A stretch of 64,000 bases of DNA from Eledone cirrhosa. Taxonomy: Eukaryota. The DNA is taken from positions 29,946,001-30,010,000 of the forward strand of contig OZ024754.1 of assembly GCA_964016885.1 (NCBI GenBank), in the 5' to 3' direction. Position 1 is the first letter of the stretch; each line of letters opens with the position of its first letter. This document shows, piece by piece, positions 52,413 through 64,000 of the stretch. A program made the position numbers and the translations under genes. The notes below the pieces were generated by a model. It saw nothing but the letters and a program-made list of their open reading frames with translations. It had not been told where the DNA came from and searched no databases.

Positions 52413-55400
52413 CTACAGAACAATGTAGAGAGAAGGCCCATTTACACGGGCCATTCTCGCTTCTTTCACCCACCTTTCATAAAACTGTCTGGGACCAAGC
52501 ACTTCTCTCTCCATCCTGATTCTTCTTCCGAAGTGGTATCGGAAGAAGTAAACCAGGTGATGGCCGGAGAGAAAGTCACCCGACCTCAGACCTTTCAGGC
52601 GCGTCCACCACACAACCTCTTTCATCATGGCTATTACGCACAGAAAGACCGCCTCTGCTTCATTTCTGAAGGGAGGAGGTGGCTTGATGTTCACCACAGA
52701 CTCGGCGGTTAATCGAATCGGCGCCACACGCGACAGCAGTCGTTCGACGTAGCTCCACAGATCGGCAACGCCCGGGCAGTGTACCAGTGCATGCGCAACG
52801 GTTTCCTCGTCGCGCACGCATCTGGGACAGATCTTTTTCGCGGGATCCCTGCCCGGGCGCCCGTGTCTGTAGAGCTTTTCTCGAACGGGCAGAGCCCCCC
52901 GGTAACACTGCCAGGCTAGGGACCTCTGGAAGTTGTCCATGGGTCCCGGGCCGAAAGTTCTACCGAACAGGCTGGCCAGTTCGTCCTCCTCCATGCCTAG
53001 CGACTCTCCAAGGGTGTCGTCGCCCCTGCTAGCCACCAACCCTCTATAGAATGTCGAGGTGGATTCTCCACTGACAGTCGGGTCCGCTTGCCAGATAGCC
53101 GTGAGCGCCTGGGCACACTCGGTGTGCCAGTTGCCCAGTTTTCTCGGTCTTTGCTTCACCCAGGATTGCAGTTCGGTGAGCGAGACGAGCTGTGGGAAGG
53201 CTCGCCTCACAAACGGGGCCCACACCGGCTGACCGTTGAGGAATACCTGTAGATGCCGTAGCCTCAATGCGTGTCTACGCATCAACAGCCACGGCATACC
53301 CAGCCCTCCTTTCGAAGGGTGCTGGCAGCAGATGGATCTCCTCACCATGGGAGGCCGCTTCTTCCAGAGGAACTGGAAGAGCATGCGTTCCATGATGGTG
53401 AGCTTTTCCTTGGGGCAAGGCACGACGGTCAGGCGGTAGTAGATGACGGACGCTATGTAAGCGTTCGTCACCTCCGCCCGACCTTTCAGTGATAGTTTGC
53501 ACTTGGCCCACTTCTGGGTCAGCGCAAACACCCTGCTCGTCACCTCGCCCCAATTCTTCTCCACCTGGAGGTCCGGTCCGAACCAGACCCCGAGCAGCTT
53601 CACCGGGCCCTCCGTCCACCGCCCGACGACACCGTCTAACGGCATCGGTTTGCCCCTCCACGTTCCGAGTTGCAAACCGACTGACTTGTCCTGGTTCAGC
53701 TTAGCCCCCGTCAGCCTTTCGTATTCCTCCAGTAGGGTGGCGATCGCCCCGATTTCCGAGGCGTCCGCCACCATTACTGTTACGTCGTCGGCATAGGCCG
53801 AGACCGCTTTGTGCAATCCCGGTTCCAGGGGTATGCCCCGCAGCAACTCCAACTTCCGCAGCAGTGGCTCGAGAGTCAATACGTACAGAAGGGAGGAGAG
53901 GGGGCACCCCTGTCTGATGGATCGGGTGATTTGAAACGGCTCCGAGAGGTAGCCGTTTACTTTAATCCTAGAGTAGATGTTGCCACTGTGCATGGCAGAA
54001 ATCCAGCCCCTGGAAACGGGTCCGAAGCCCGCCGCCGCTAGCACCGCATCCAGGTAACCATGGTCGACCCTATCGAACGCCTTAGATTGATCCAAGTTGA
54101 TCAGGGCCCCACCAAAGCCGGGTTCGTAGCCAACCCTCTCTATGATGTATCGCATGAGGTGGAGGTTGTCGTGAATGGACCTGGACGGGATAGCGCATGT
54201 CTGCGCGTCTCCCACCAAACCACCCACCACAAGCGCCAACCTCTTCGCCAACACCTTGGCCAAAATCTGTAACTCTGCATTCAGCAGAGTTATGGGCCTA
54301 AAGTTACTTAAGTCGTCCCCCTTGCTCTCGTCCTTCCTCACTAGCGTGACCACGCCCTTGGTCACAGAACAGGGAATTCTCCCGTTCTGTTGCCAGTTGC
54401 AATAGACAGCCTCGAGGAGTTCGGAGAACAAGACCGGCATAGCTAAATAAAGTTCGTATGGTAGACCATCGAGACCCGGGGATTTGCGTCTGCTGCATTG
54501 GCTGAGCGCTTCCCCGATTTCAGTGGCTGTGATTGGCCTTTCGCAGCACTCCGCTTCGCCGCTCGAAAGACGCGGTAGACCGTCGAGGTATGGACCGAAG
54601 TCCACATCCCCGTCCGGCCCCCCGCCACCTCCGAACAGTCGAGCAAAGTGCCTTTGAAAGGTCTCGCACATTCGCTCAGGTTCAAGGATCACCCGTCCAT
54701 CCTGGTCTCGCAAAGACCGAATGGTGGATTTAATCCCACTCTTGGCTTCTGTCACGCGGGCCCAGCTAACAGCTTTGGTCCCCTCGTTTCCTAAAGCACG
54801 TATTTTACTTCGGACAACGCAGCCTTCGTGCTTCGCGTCAAAGAACTGGCTCAATGCCGTTCTCGTCGCTAACACTCTGGCTACGTCTCCGCTCCTAATC
54901 GCCTCTTCTAGTTTATCTGTTAACTCCCTTTCCCTCCTATTTCTATTCGCCGCTAGTTCCTTACTGTAACCTATCGAACTTACTCTAATCTCTCTCTTTA
55001 GAGATATCCACCACCTACTGTTGACGATCGCTTCCGTCAACCGCATCTTAACTAAGCTACTAATCCGGTTTCTGTAATCTTTCTTTGTCGGTAAGGACAA
55101 GTTCATCTTCCAGTAACCGGGACCCTGTCTATGCGTTCTATCAAGGTTGACCACGCAGGTCACTAATTTGTGATCTGAATAGCCAACCATGATCAGTTCT
55201 GGACAACTAAATACTTCCCTATCCTTACTCCTAACCAAAAACCTATCTAGGTACGATCTAGATTGTCCACTGCGGTTTGCCCAGGTCCAGGTTGGCGCAG
55301 TTGGACAATCTAGTCGAAATCTATCGACCAGGTCGAATCGATCGAGTAACCCCTTGAGGCTGCTACACCCCCCTCTATCGGGACATGCCCCTGCATAGTC

Positions 55401-55844
55401 CCAACGCGCATCTAGGATTCCATTCCAGTCCCCCACTAAAAGCAGGGAACGCGACGTTCCTAGAAAAGTCTCCAGACGCTGGAAGAAGTCGGCTCTTTCC
55501 GCCCCGAAGGGAGCATAAAGACCGACCAGTCTGAAAGCCCCGCCTTCACCGCCTCCGACGTCCAGCACCAGTAATCGACCCCCCGGGTCCGAGTGAACAA
55601 TCTGTACGTCGAGAGTCAGACGTTTATCCAGCAGTACGGCAACTCCCCCCCCCCCGCCTCCGGGTTGACAGAGAGATGCGTGCATCTCAAAGTCATCGAA
55701 GGCGGGCGCCAGCTGTCTCACGCTGCTGATCCGACTCTCGCAAACAACCATCACATCTATACTTTGTGACCTGAGGTTACTTAGAAGCTTTGCTTGCTTC
55801 CAAGCTGAGCCCAGGCCACGCGCGTTCAAACAGCCAACTCTCAA
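52413..55844 (-). CDS. LINE ORF2: APE endonuclease + reverse transcriptase + C-terminal Cys/His domain, uninterrupted
   Basis: LNARG, ESR, GDWN, YLDR, SDH, PGLDG, FRPITL, KAFDRV, QGCPLS, YADD, GGLG, CPRC..H...C; no ATG at the expected start. Confidence 0.95.
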   Translation of the reverse strand: MRVGCLNARGLGSAWKQAKLLSNLRSQSIDVMVVCESRISSVRQLAPAFDDFEMHASLCQPGGGGGGVAVLLDKRLTLDVQIVHSDPGGRLLVLDVGGGEGGAFRLVGLYAPFGAERADFFQRLETFLGTSRSLLLVGDWNGILDARWDYAGACPDRGGCSSLKGLLDRFDLVDRFRLDCPTAPTWTWANRSGQSRSYLDRFLVRSKDREVFSCPELIMVGYSDHKLVTCVVNLDRTHRQGPGYWKMNLSLPTKKDYRNRISSLVKMRLTEAIVNSRWWISLKREIRVSSIGYSKELAANRNRRERELTDKLEEAIRSGDVARVLATRTALSQFFDAKHEGCVVRSKIRALGNEGTKAVSWARVTEAKSGIKSTIRSLRDQDGRVILEPERMCETFQRHFARLFGGGGGPDGDVDFGPYLDGLPRLSSGEAECCERPITATEIGEALSQCSRRKSPGLDGLPYELYLAMPVLFSELLEAVYCNWQQNGRIPCSVTKGVVTLVRKDESKGDDLSNFRPITLLNAELQILAKVLAKRLALVVGGLVGDAQTCAIPSRSIHDNLHLMRYIIERVGYEPGFGGALINLDQSKAFDRVDHGYLDAVLAAAGFGPVSRGWISAMHSGNIYSRIKVNGYLSEPFQITRSIRQGCPLSSLLYVLTLEPLLRKLELLRGIPLEPGLHKAVSAYADDVTVMVADASEIGAIATLLEEYERLTGAKLNQDKSVGLQLGTWRGKPMPLDGVVGRWTEGPVKLLGVWFGPDLQVEKNWGEVTSRVFALTQKWAKCKLSLKGRAEVTNAYIASVIYYRLTVVPCPKEKLTIMERMLFQFLWKKRPPMVRRSICCQHPSKGGLGMPWLLMRRHALRLRHLQVFLNGQPVWAPFVRRAFPQLVSLTELQSWVKQRPRKLGNWHTECAQALTAIWQADPTVSGESTSTFYRGLVASRGDDTLGESLGMEEDELASLFGRTFGPGPMDNFQRSLAWQCYRGALPVREKLYRHGRPGRDPAKKICPRCVRDEETVAHALVHCPGVADLWSYVERLLSRVAPIRLTAESVVNIKPPPPFRNEAEAVFLCVIAMMKEVVWWTRLKGLRSGDFLSGHHLVYFFRYHFGRRIRMEREVLGPRQFYERWVKEARMARVNGPSLYIVL

Positions 55845-55849
55845 TTGAT

Positions 55850-57691
55850 CTATTTTGGTGTTGAAAGTGAAGAAAGAAAAGCACTTACCTCTCCGGGTTG
55901 CGTAATTTCCATGGCATCAGGTGTGTTGGGTGGAGGGATGTTTTGTGGTGGTGTGGGGGTACACGTGTGTGGTGGGGTTGGGGTATTTGGAGTTGTGTCA
56001 GGGAGAGGGGTGGTTATGGGGAAATCTTTCAAGAGGACGCGATTCAGCGGTTTTAAACAGGGGGGGGCTCACGTCCCGTCTAAATTGTTCTTTTAAGGAA
56101 CGATAAAGGTCCAGAGGGACCTTTATCATTTTTAAATGGGTGAAGTTCTCTGTTGAGATAAAGTTTGGCCCTTCGGTTTGCACCATAGGGTTATTGTTTA
56201 TTAATTTAACCAGTTTTTTGTTTTCTTTATTTATATATGTGTATTGCAACGTCTTTTTTTGTGATGCTGTCAATGTTTCGGAGAGGGGAGGCGCAGATTT
56301 ATTTTTGTTTGTTGAGGGTGGGGTGTTTTTGATTGGAGTTGGTGTTTGTGTGTGGGTTATTTGTGGTGTGCTGGGTGTGTGTTTTCTTTTTTTTCTTTTA
56401 ACTTGTCTGAAGGCTTCTCCTCCTTCTTCTTCAGAAGTTGGGGGAAACTCTTCAGCGCTAGGTGGGAGGGACGTGTTGTGTGGTTGTTTTTTTTTTGCGG
56501 GAGGGGTAGATTTGTTACTGTTTTTTTTATTATTTGTTTGGAATGGGTTTTGTGGTGGTGGTGGTGGTAATGTTTGTGTCGTGCTTGTGGTTGGTGATGG
56601 TGGTGGTGATGTTTGTGTTGTGGTTGGTGGTGGTGATTTTTGTGTCGTGCTTATGTTTGGTGCTGGTGGTGGTGATGTTTGTGTTGTGTTTGTGGTTGGT
56701 GGTGTCTGTATTTTGTTTGCTGTGTGTGGTATTAGTGTATTTTTGGAGGTGGGTGGTGTTGGTGTACTGTTTGTGGTGGGTGTGGGCAATAGTCCTTTTT
56801 GGAGGATACGTTTCGGGCAGTTAGCCTTAACGTGTCCCCTTTCCATGCATAAATAGCATGCTGGTCTTCTACCCTCTACAATTATGTCTATTGGGGTAAG
56901 GTCATCTAGCCAGATGCGATCCGGGATTTGTGCTATTCTTTCGGGCCTCATTTGGACTAGTATGTCGAGGCCCATTCCCAGGAACGCATCTCCAGTTGCC
57001 TTCCCCATTGACAGCATTGTGTCTTCGCCCATATCAATGAAGCCAGCAATAGCCCACCAGAAGTCCATTGTGGGCAGCATTGTTTTTACTTTTACTCTCT
57101 GTGTTCTTCTACCCATGTAGGAGGGATAGAAGCTATATGTTGTCGACGAGAGTGGGCTTAGGGAAAGCTTCTCCGCCGTTTCTTTGTCTCTTGTTAGGAC
57201 CGAAATGCTGCCATAGAGTCGGTCCTTTCGTATGAAGAGAATATTCTTCATATAGTCTTTTAGGACTAACTCTATTTCCATTTGGCTGGGCTGTGCTGGC
57301 TTTCTTGTCTGGTTCAGTATAGTTCTGTAGAGAACTGTGTTTTCTGCTCTGGCTTTCTTGAATTCTGGGGGGGGGGGGAGTTAATGGAAAACATTCCGTT
57401 CTCCCCCAAAACAATGTGTTTCTTTGCTTCGGCCAGTTTTTCTCTGGCGGCAGTTAGGTCAATTGGTGTGTATGTAATGGATTGTTTTGTTTTCTGGGCG
57501 AAAGTTGCCCTGTCGTTATTTGTATTATTTTCTGTTTGTTTGTTTTCTGTTTGCTCATTTTCCTTAACATTTGTTTTTTCATTTTGTTTGTTTGTTTCAA
57601 TGTCTAATTTTGTTGTAATTATTTTTTGTTCTTCAGACTTGGGGGGCGTGGCAGAGCTAATGGCAGACATGTCTGCCATCTTTTCCGCCAT
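55850..57691 (-). CDS. LINE ORF1 with CCHC zinc knuckle; split by two homopolymer frameshifts (core 55998-57281)
   Basis: CYLCMERGHVKANC, KRKKRK; frames join across G runs at ~57367-57378 and ~56060-56067. Confidence 0.8.
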
Positions 57692-57892
57692 GCTGCCAAG
57701 AAAGAAATTTTTCGGCAAAAATAGATATTTATTTTACCCCCTAAAAAGGGGGTAAATGCAAAAATGTTTCCCTAAATAACAGGGGTTAGTGTTCCAAATG
57801 TGTTGCACTAAAAAATTTATCCGGTACTTACAGTAGTAAGGGTAAATCCCGATGGAATAGCGGAGCCGATGCGAAGCGTGTCTTACTCTATC

Positions 57893-57958
<66 letters not shown>

Positions 57959-58050
57959 TGTTTCTTTTATTTGCCACAAGGGCATCAAAAGTGGGACAAG
58001 TACAATGGGGGGAGTTTACAAAACAAGGCGTCCTCAATAGGGAGGAGGCA
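57959..58050 (-). mobile_element. ~90-bp 3' end of a related Tx1 element, between (GATA)n tracts
   Basis: tttatttgccac..gggacaa..ggggagtttaca..gtcctcaa.agggagg matches 52185-52315. Confidence 0.8.
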
Positions 58051-58138
<88 letters not shown>

Positions 58139-58634
58139 ACAGACAGTTATAAATCATTTCATCAGTGTGTTTATTGTGTTCTGATGAATTGTATAATAAT
58201 TGGTGTCATAGAGAATTTGTCTGCTAAAGTAGTTGGACTTTTCAAATACATCGTTTCTCCTAATCAATAATATTATATGTTTGTGCTGTCTTTCCAGACA
58301 GCTACTGATTTGAAACAAGTAATTATACAGCATCGCACAAATAAAGTAGATGGATTAGACGGATGTTTAAGCAATTGTTTACTTAAGACTGAGAAGGATA
58401 AAAGACAATCGTTGTAAAAACAGTATTTCAGCTGCCTAATTGTGATGAAATTGACGAAGTTGCTGAGTCGTTAGAACCTCGGGTAGAAGTAATTGCAGTA
58501 GTTTGTACCGGCTTTCTGTACTCTTAGTTCTAATCCCGCAGTTGTCAACATTACTCTTTTATCTTTTTGAAGTCGATAAATAAATTGCCAGTTCAATACC
58601 AGAATCATTAGACCGTTGAATAAAATCTCTTGTG

Positions 58635-59250
58635 ACGCTAAACTCCGCCAGTTGCAGACTGTGTATCAAGATGAGATATCTCTCTCCACAATCTTCGATC
58701 ACCAGCAGCAGAGTTCAAAGAGCAAAGATGGAGTCCAGTCCATAAGTTGACATTATCAAGCCATCGTTTTGGCTGCTGGCCTCTGCTTCTCTTACCAGCC
58801 AACCTTCCTTCCAGACATAACCTACTCACACCACAAGTTGATCTTTTTATAAGGCCATATAGTTTCAGTAATCTTAACTTGACAATTCATGCAATTGGTC
58901 TAAGTTTGGTAATGTTGAGCAGCTCACTGATACAGATACGGTCGCTGAGCCGCTTGCCAGTCATAAGTCTCGTGATGTTATTCTGGAATGTAGAGAGCTT
59001 CTGAAGCGACCTTGTCATCCAATTAACACAGTGAAGACCATATAACACAACTAGTAGGATGTAAGTATCAAAGATCTTAGCCTTCAAATGGTAGGAAACG
59101 CGTTTTGTTGTTAGTACTTCCTTGTTCTTGTTGAAAGCTGCTCAACCTTGAGCGATGCAATACTGAGCAGCAACCATTCCATTGTTGTTTGATGATAGAT
59201 TGCAATATTTCTTCCAGTTCTTTGTGCTCTGGGTTAAAATCCTGCTATGG
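58635..59250 (-). pseudogene. Decayed RTE-clade LINE 3' fragment
   Basis: KIFDTYILLVVLYG..W; LEGRLAGKRSRGQQPKRWLD..A.DRRLWR. Confidence 0.8.
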
Positions 59251-59267
59251 TGAACTTTTCCATTCCT

Positions 59268-59912
<645 letters not shown>

Positions 59913-60103
59913 CCTGAGTTCAGTTTTTTTGTCGCTATGGTCACTGCGGCCCGTCTATCGGTCGCTGTCTTCAATTTGCAAAGCTGTCTAAACGTAATGT
60001 TATAACTCTAGAGTAATATACCCTATTGAGTGCTTAGCTGCACACCGAGATTGCATTCGTTAGCTTGGCTGCAGCCAGAGCTTCGATGAAGCTGTACTAA
60101 ATG

Positions 60104-60243
<140 letters not shown>

Positions 60244-60696
60244 CCCCTGTGAGTTACACATGTGCTTTTACAAAACACTGTCATCCACAATCCTGACGCA
60301 GAACAAAATACCTGTTGCTAACGTGATATTTCTCGTTCGATCATTATACCAAAAGCTTATTGTTTTAAGCAGACAGTATTATTGATTTGTACTGGATTTT
60401 ACCATAAATTCCAAGGTTCCAGGTTTGTTATATATATATATATATGTATATATATGTATATATATGAATATGTCATTTATTTTGTCTGACCTGTTTAGCT
60501 TGACTTGTTTTTTAGCTTGGGTGGTTAATGGATTCTTGACGGCTTCTCAGTTTGTATGGCTTTCATAACCTATGTTTATTGCTCTGGTTTTTTTAGGCCA
60601 TGGAGCGCTTGCCAGCATGACTCGGAATTTGCGTTACGTTTCGCTTTTTCTACCCGCCGAAATGCGATTCTCGCTGAATATATATATATATATATA

Positions 60697-61017
60697 TGTC
60701 AACTCTCGATGTTGGTGAGCATGTCCAGCTAACCACAGTCTCCTGTGTGTCACTTTTGAGCTGACTTTTGGGAGGCTCCCATACAGCTCTGAGTTTTTCA
60801 TCCTCAGTGTATACTGATTAATGTTCAGAGCCATCCTCAGCATTCTTGTGGGAGCCCCTACATGGACACACTGGAAGAGGAAGACCAAGGTTAACGTATG
60901 TTGATGCCCTAAGGACAGACACTGGTCTGTTGGAGACGCAGGACATGGCAGCGATAATGAGGGACAGAGACCGCTGGAGAGAACTCGTCCATGGATCTCA
61001 GGAATTTTACCCGCCCT

Positions 61018-61020
<3 letters not shown>
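60697..61020 (+). mobile_element. Short RTE insertion (family of 47738-48695) with 5' inversion, inside (TA)n
   Basis: 60697-60850 matches 47927-48080 directly; 60849-61019 is the reverse complement of 47738-47907. Confidence 0.9.
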
Positions 61021-61056
<36 letters not shown>

Positions 61057-61242
61057 ACACTCTTACTCTCTCTTTCTCTCTCTCTCTTTCTCACGCTGTC
61101 TCTCTGTATCTCTCGCTCTCTCTCTCTCTAGAAGAATTCGACTATGTTCAGACTTAATGTAGTGAATGGGATCTGCTACGTTTAAAATACCCAAGTAGTG
61201 TCCTTGCGGTGCTCCTACACCCCAAGGAGGAGATGCGAAGCC

Positions 61243-64000
61243 ATACATAAAAGGCTTTGACTTTACATACATACAATGTTTTGACTTTACATACATACAA
61301 TGTTTTGACTTTACATACATAAAATGTTTTGACTTTACATACATACAATGTTTTGACTTTACATACATACAATGTTTTGACTTTACATACATACAATGTT
61401 TTGACTTTACATACATACAATGTTTTGACTTTACATACATACAATGTTTTGACTTTACATACATACAATGTTTTGACTTTGCATACATAAAAGGCTTTGA
61501 CTTTACATACATACAATGTTTTGACTTTACATACATACAATGTTTTGACTTTACATACATACAATGTTTTGACTTTACATACATACAATGTTTTGACTTT
61601 ACATACATACAATGTTTTGACTTTACATACATACAATGTTTTGACTTTGCATACATAAAATGTTTTGACTTTACATACATACAATGTTTTGACTTTACAT
61701 ACATACAATGTTTTGACTTTACATACATACAATGTTTTGACTTTACATACATACAATGTTTTGACTTTACATACATACAATGTTTTGACTTTGCATATAT
61801 ACAATGTTTTGACTTTACATACATACAATGTTTTGACTTTACATACATACAATGTTTTGACTTTACATACATACAATGTTTTGACTTTACATACATACAA
61901 TGTTTTGACTTTACATACATACAATGTTTTGACTTTACATACATACAATGTTTTGACTTTACATACATACAATGTTTTGACTTTACATACATACAATGTT
62001 TTGACTTTACATACATACAATGTTTTGACTTTACATACATACAATGTTTTGAGTTTACATACATACAATGTTTTGACTTTACATACATACAATGTTTTGA
62101 CTTTGCATACATACAATGTTTTGACTTTGCATATATACAATGTTTTGACTTTACATACATACAATGTTTTGACTTTACATACATACAATGTTTTGACTTT
62201 ACATACATACAATGTTTTGACTTTACATACATACAATGTTTTGACTTTACATACATACAATGTTTTGACTTTACATACATACAATGTTTTGACTTTACAT
62301 ACATACAATGTTTTGACTTTACATACATACAATGTTTTGACTTTACATACATACAATGTTTTGACTTTGCATACATAAAATGTTTTGACTTTACATACAT
62401 ACAATGTTTTGACTTTACATACATACAATGTTTTGACTTTACATACATACAATGTTTTGACTTTACATACATACAATGTTTTAACTTTACATACATACAA
62501 TGTTTTGACTTTACATACATACAATGTTTTGACTTTACATACATACAATGTTTTGACTTTACATACATACAATGTTTTGACTTTACATACATACAATGTT
62601 TTGACTTTGCATACATAAAATGTTTTGACTTTACATACATACAATGTTTTGACTTTACATACATACAATGTTTTGACTTTACATGCATACAATGTTTTGA
62701 CTTTACATACATACAATGTTTTAACTTTACATACATACAATGTTTTGACTTTACATACATACAATGTTTTGACTTTACATACATACAATGTTTTGACTTT
62801 ACATACATACAATGTTTTGACTTTACATACATACAATGTTTTAACTTTACATACATACAATGTTTTGACTTTACATACATACAATGTTTTGACTTTACAT
62901 ACATACAATGTTTTGACTTTACATACATACAATGTTTTGACTTTGCATACATACAATGTTTTGACTTTGCATATATACAATGTTTTGACTTTACATACAT
63001 ACAATGTTTTGACTTTACATACATACAATGTTTTGACTTTACATACATACAATGTTTTGACTTTACATACATACAATGTTTTGACTTTACATACATACAA
63101 TGTTTTGACTTTACATACATACACTGTTTTGACTTTACATACATACAATGTTTTGACTTTACATACATACAATGTTTTGACTTTACATACATACAATGTT
63201 TTGACTTTACATACATACAATGTTTTAACTTTACATACATACAATGTTTTGACTTTACATACATACAATGTTTTGACTTTACATACATACAATGTTTTGA
63301 CTTTACATACATACAATGTTTTGACTTTACATACATACAATGTTTTGACTTTGCATACATACAATGTTTTGACTTTGCATATATACAATGTTTTGACTTT
63401 ACATACATACAATGTTTTGACTTTGCATACATAAAAGGCTTTGACTTTACATACATACAATGTTTTGACTTTACATACATACAATGTTTTGACTTTACAT
63501 ACATACAATGTTTTAACTTTACATACATACAATGTTTTGACTTTACATACATACAATGTTTTGACTTTACATACATAAAATGTTTTGACTTTACATACAT
63601 ACAATGTTTTGACTTTACATACATACAATGTTTTGACTTTACATACATACAATGTTTTAACTTTACATACATACAATGTTTTGACTTTACATACATACAA
63701 TGTTTTGACTTTACATACATACAATGTTTTGACTTTACATACATACAATGTTTTGACTTTACATACATACAATGTTTTGACTTTGCATACATACAATGTT
63801 TTGACTTTGCATATATACAATGTTTTGACTTTACATACATACAATGTTTTGACTTTACATACATACAATGTTTTGACTTTACATACATACAATGTTTTGA
63901 CTTTACATACATACAATGTTTTGACTTTACATACATACAATGTTTTGACTTTACATACATACAATGTTTTGACTTTACATACATACAATGTTTTGACTTT
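61243..64000. repeat. 24-bp minisatellite (CTTTACATACATACAATGTTTTGA)n, about 115 units, continuing past the window end
   Basis: Direct reading; 8-aa periodicity in the ORF track. Confidence 0.99.

Larger units (their letters stand above)
52181..57890 (-). mobile_element. Apparently full-length Tx1/L1-clade LINE inserted in (GATA)n
   Basis: 5' UTR, ORF1, ORF2, short 3' UTR with AATAAA; (GATA)n at 52122-52180 and 57895-57957. Confidence 0.95.

Noticed and set aside
55850-55895. AG|GTAAGT splice donor plus pyrimidine tract at the ORF1-ORF2 junction (AG|GTAGGT in copy 1)
   Set aside because: The putative 39-nt intron is very short and would not fuse ORF1 to ORF2 in frame; the motif is largely explained by Arg-stop codons
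61063-63988. 973-aa and 944-aa ORFs (MYVKSKHC / YVCKVKTL repeats)
   Set aside because: A 24-bp unit lacking stops in several frames on both strands; no evidence of coding function
61243-64000. CRISPR-like array
   Set aside because: No unique spacers, no cas genes, eukaryotic context

Overview
Repeat-saturated, AT-rich animal genomic DNA with no host gene I can support. The SINE types and dense (TA)n/(GA)n/(CA)n/(GATA)n tracts resemble octopus/cephalopod DNA (inference). Mobile elements found: at least five Penelope-like elements (PLEs) with RT and/or GIY-YIG remnants plus many orphan pseudo-LTR (pLTR) pieces; two large Tx1/L1-clade LINEs, one with an uninterrupted 1143-codon ORF2 inserted in (GATA)n; a CRE-like LINE fragment; RTE fragments; a non-autonomous Helitron; hAT, Tigger and mariner relics; and tRNA-derived SINEs. 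A 24-bp minisatellite runs off the right end. The main hidden layer is RNA. Reading both strands by eye shows about 20 type-I hammerhead ribozyme (HHR) motifs from roughly a dozen unrelated repeat families. These include a compensatory U3-A8 core variant (UUGAAAA), two CCGAUGA (U4C) variants, long stem-II versions, and a ~416-bp tandem array with one HHR per unit that looks like a retrozyme. Many inverted or fold-back pLTR copies break inside HHR stem II. Most ORF-track entries are microsatellite artefacts. All folds were made by hand and none was computed.
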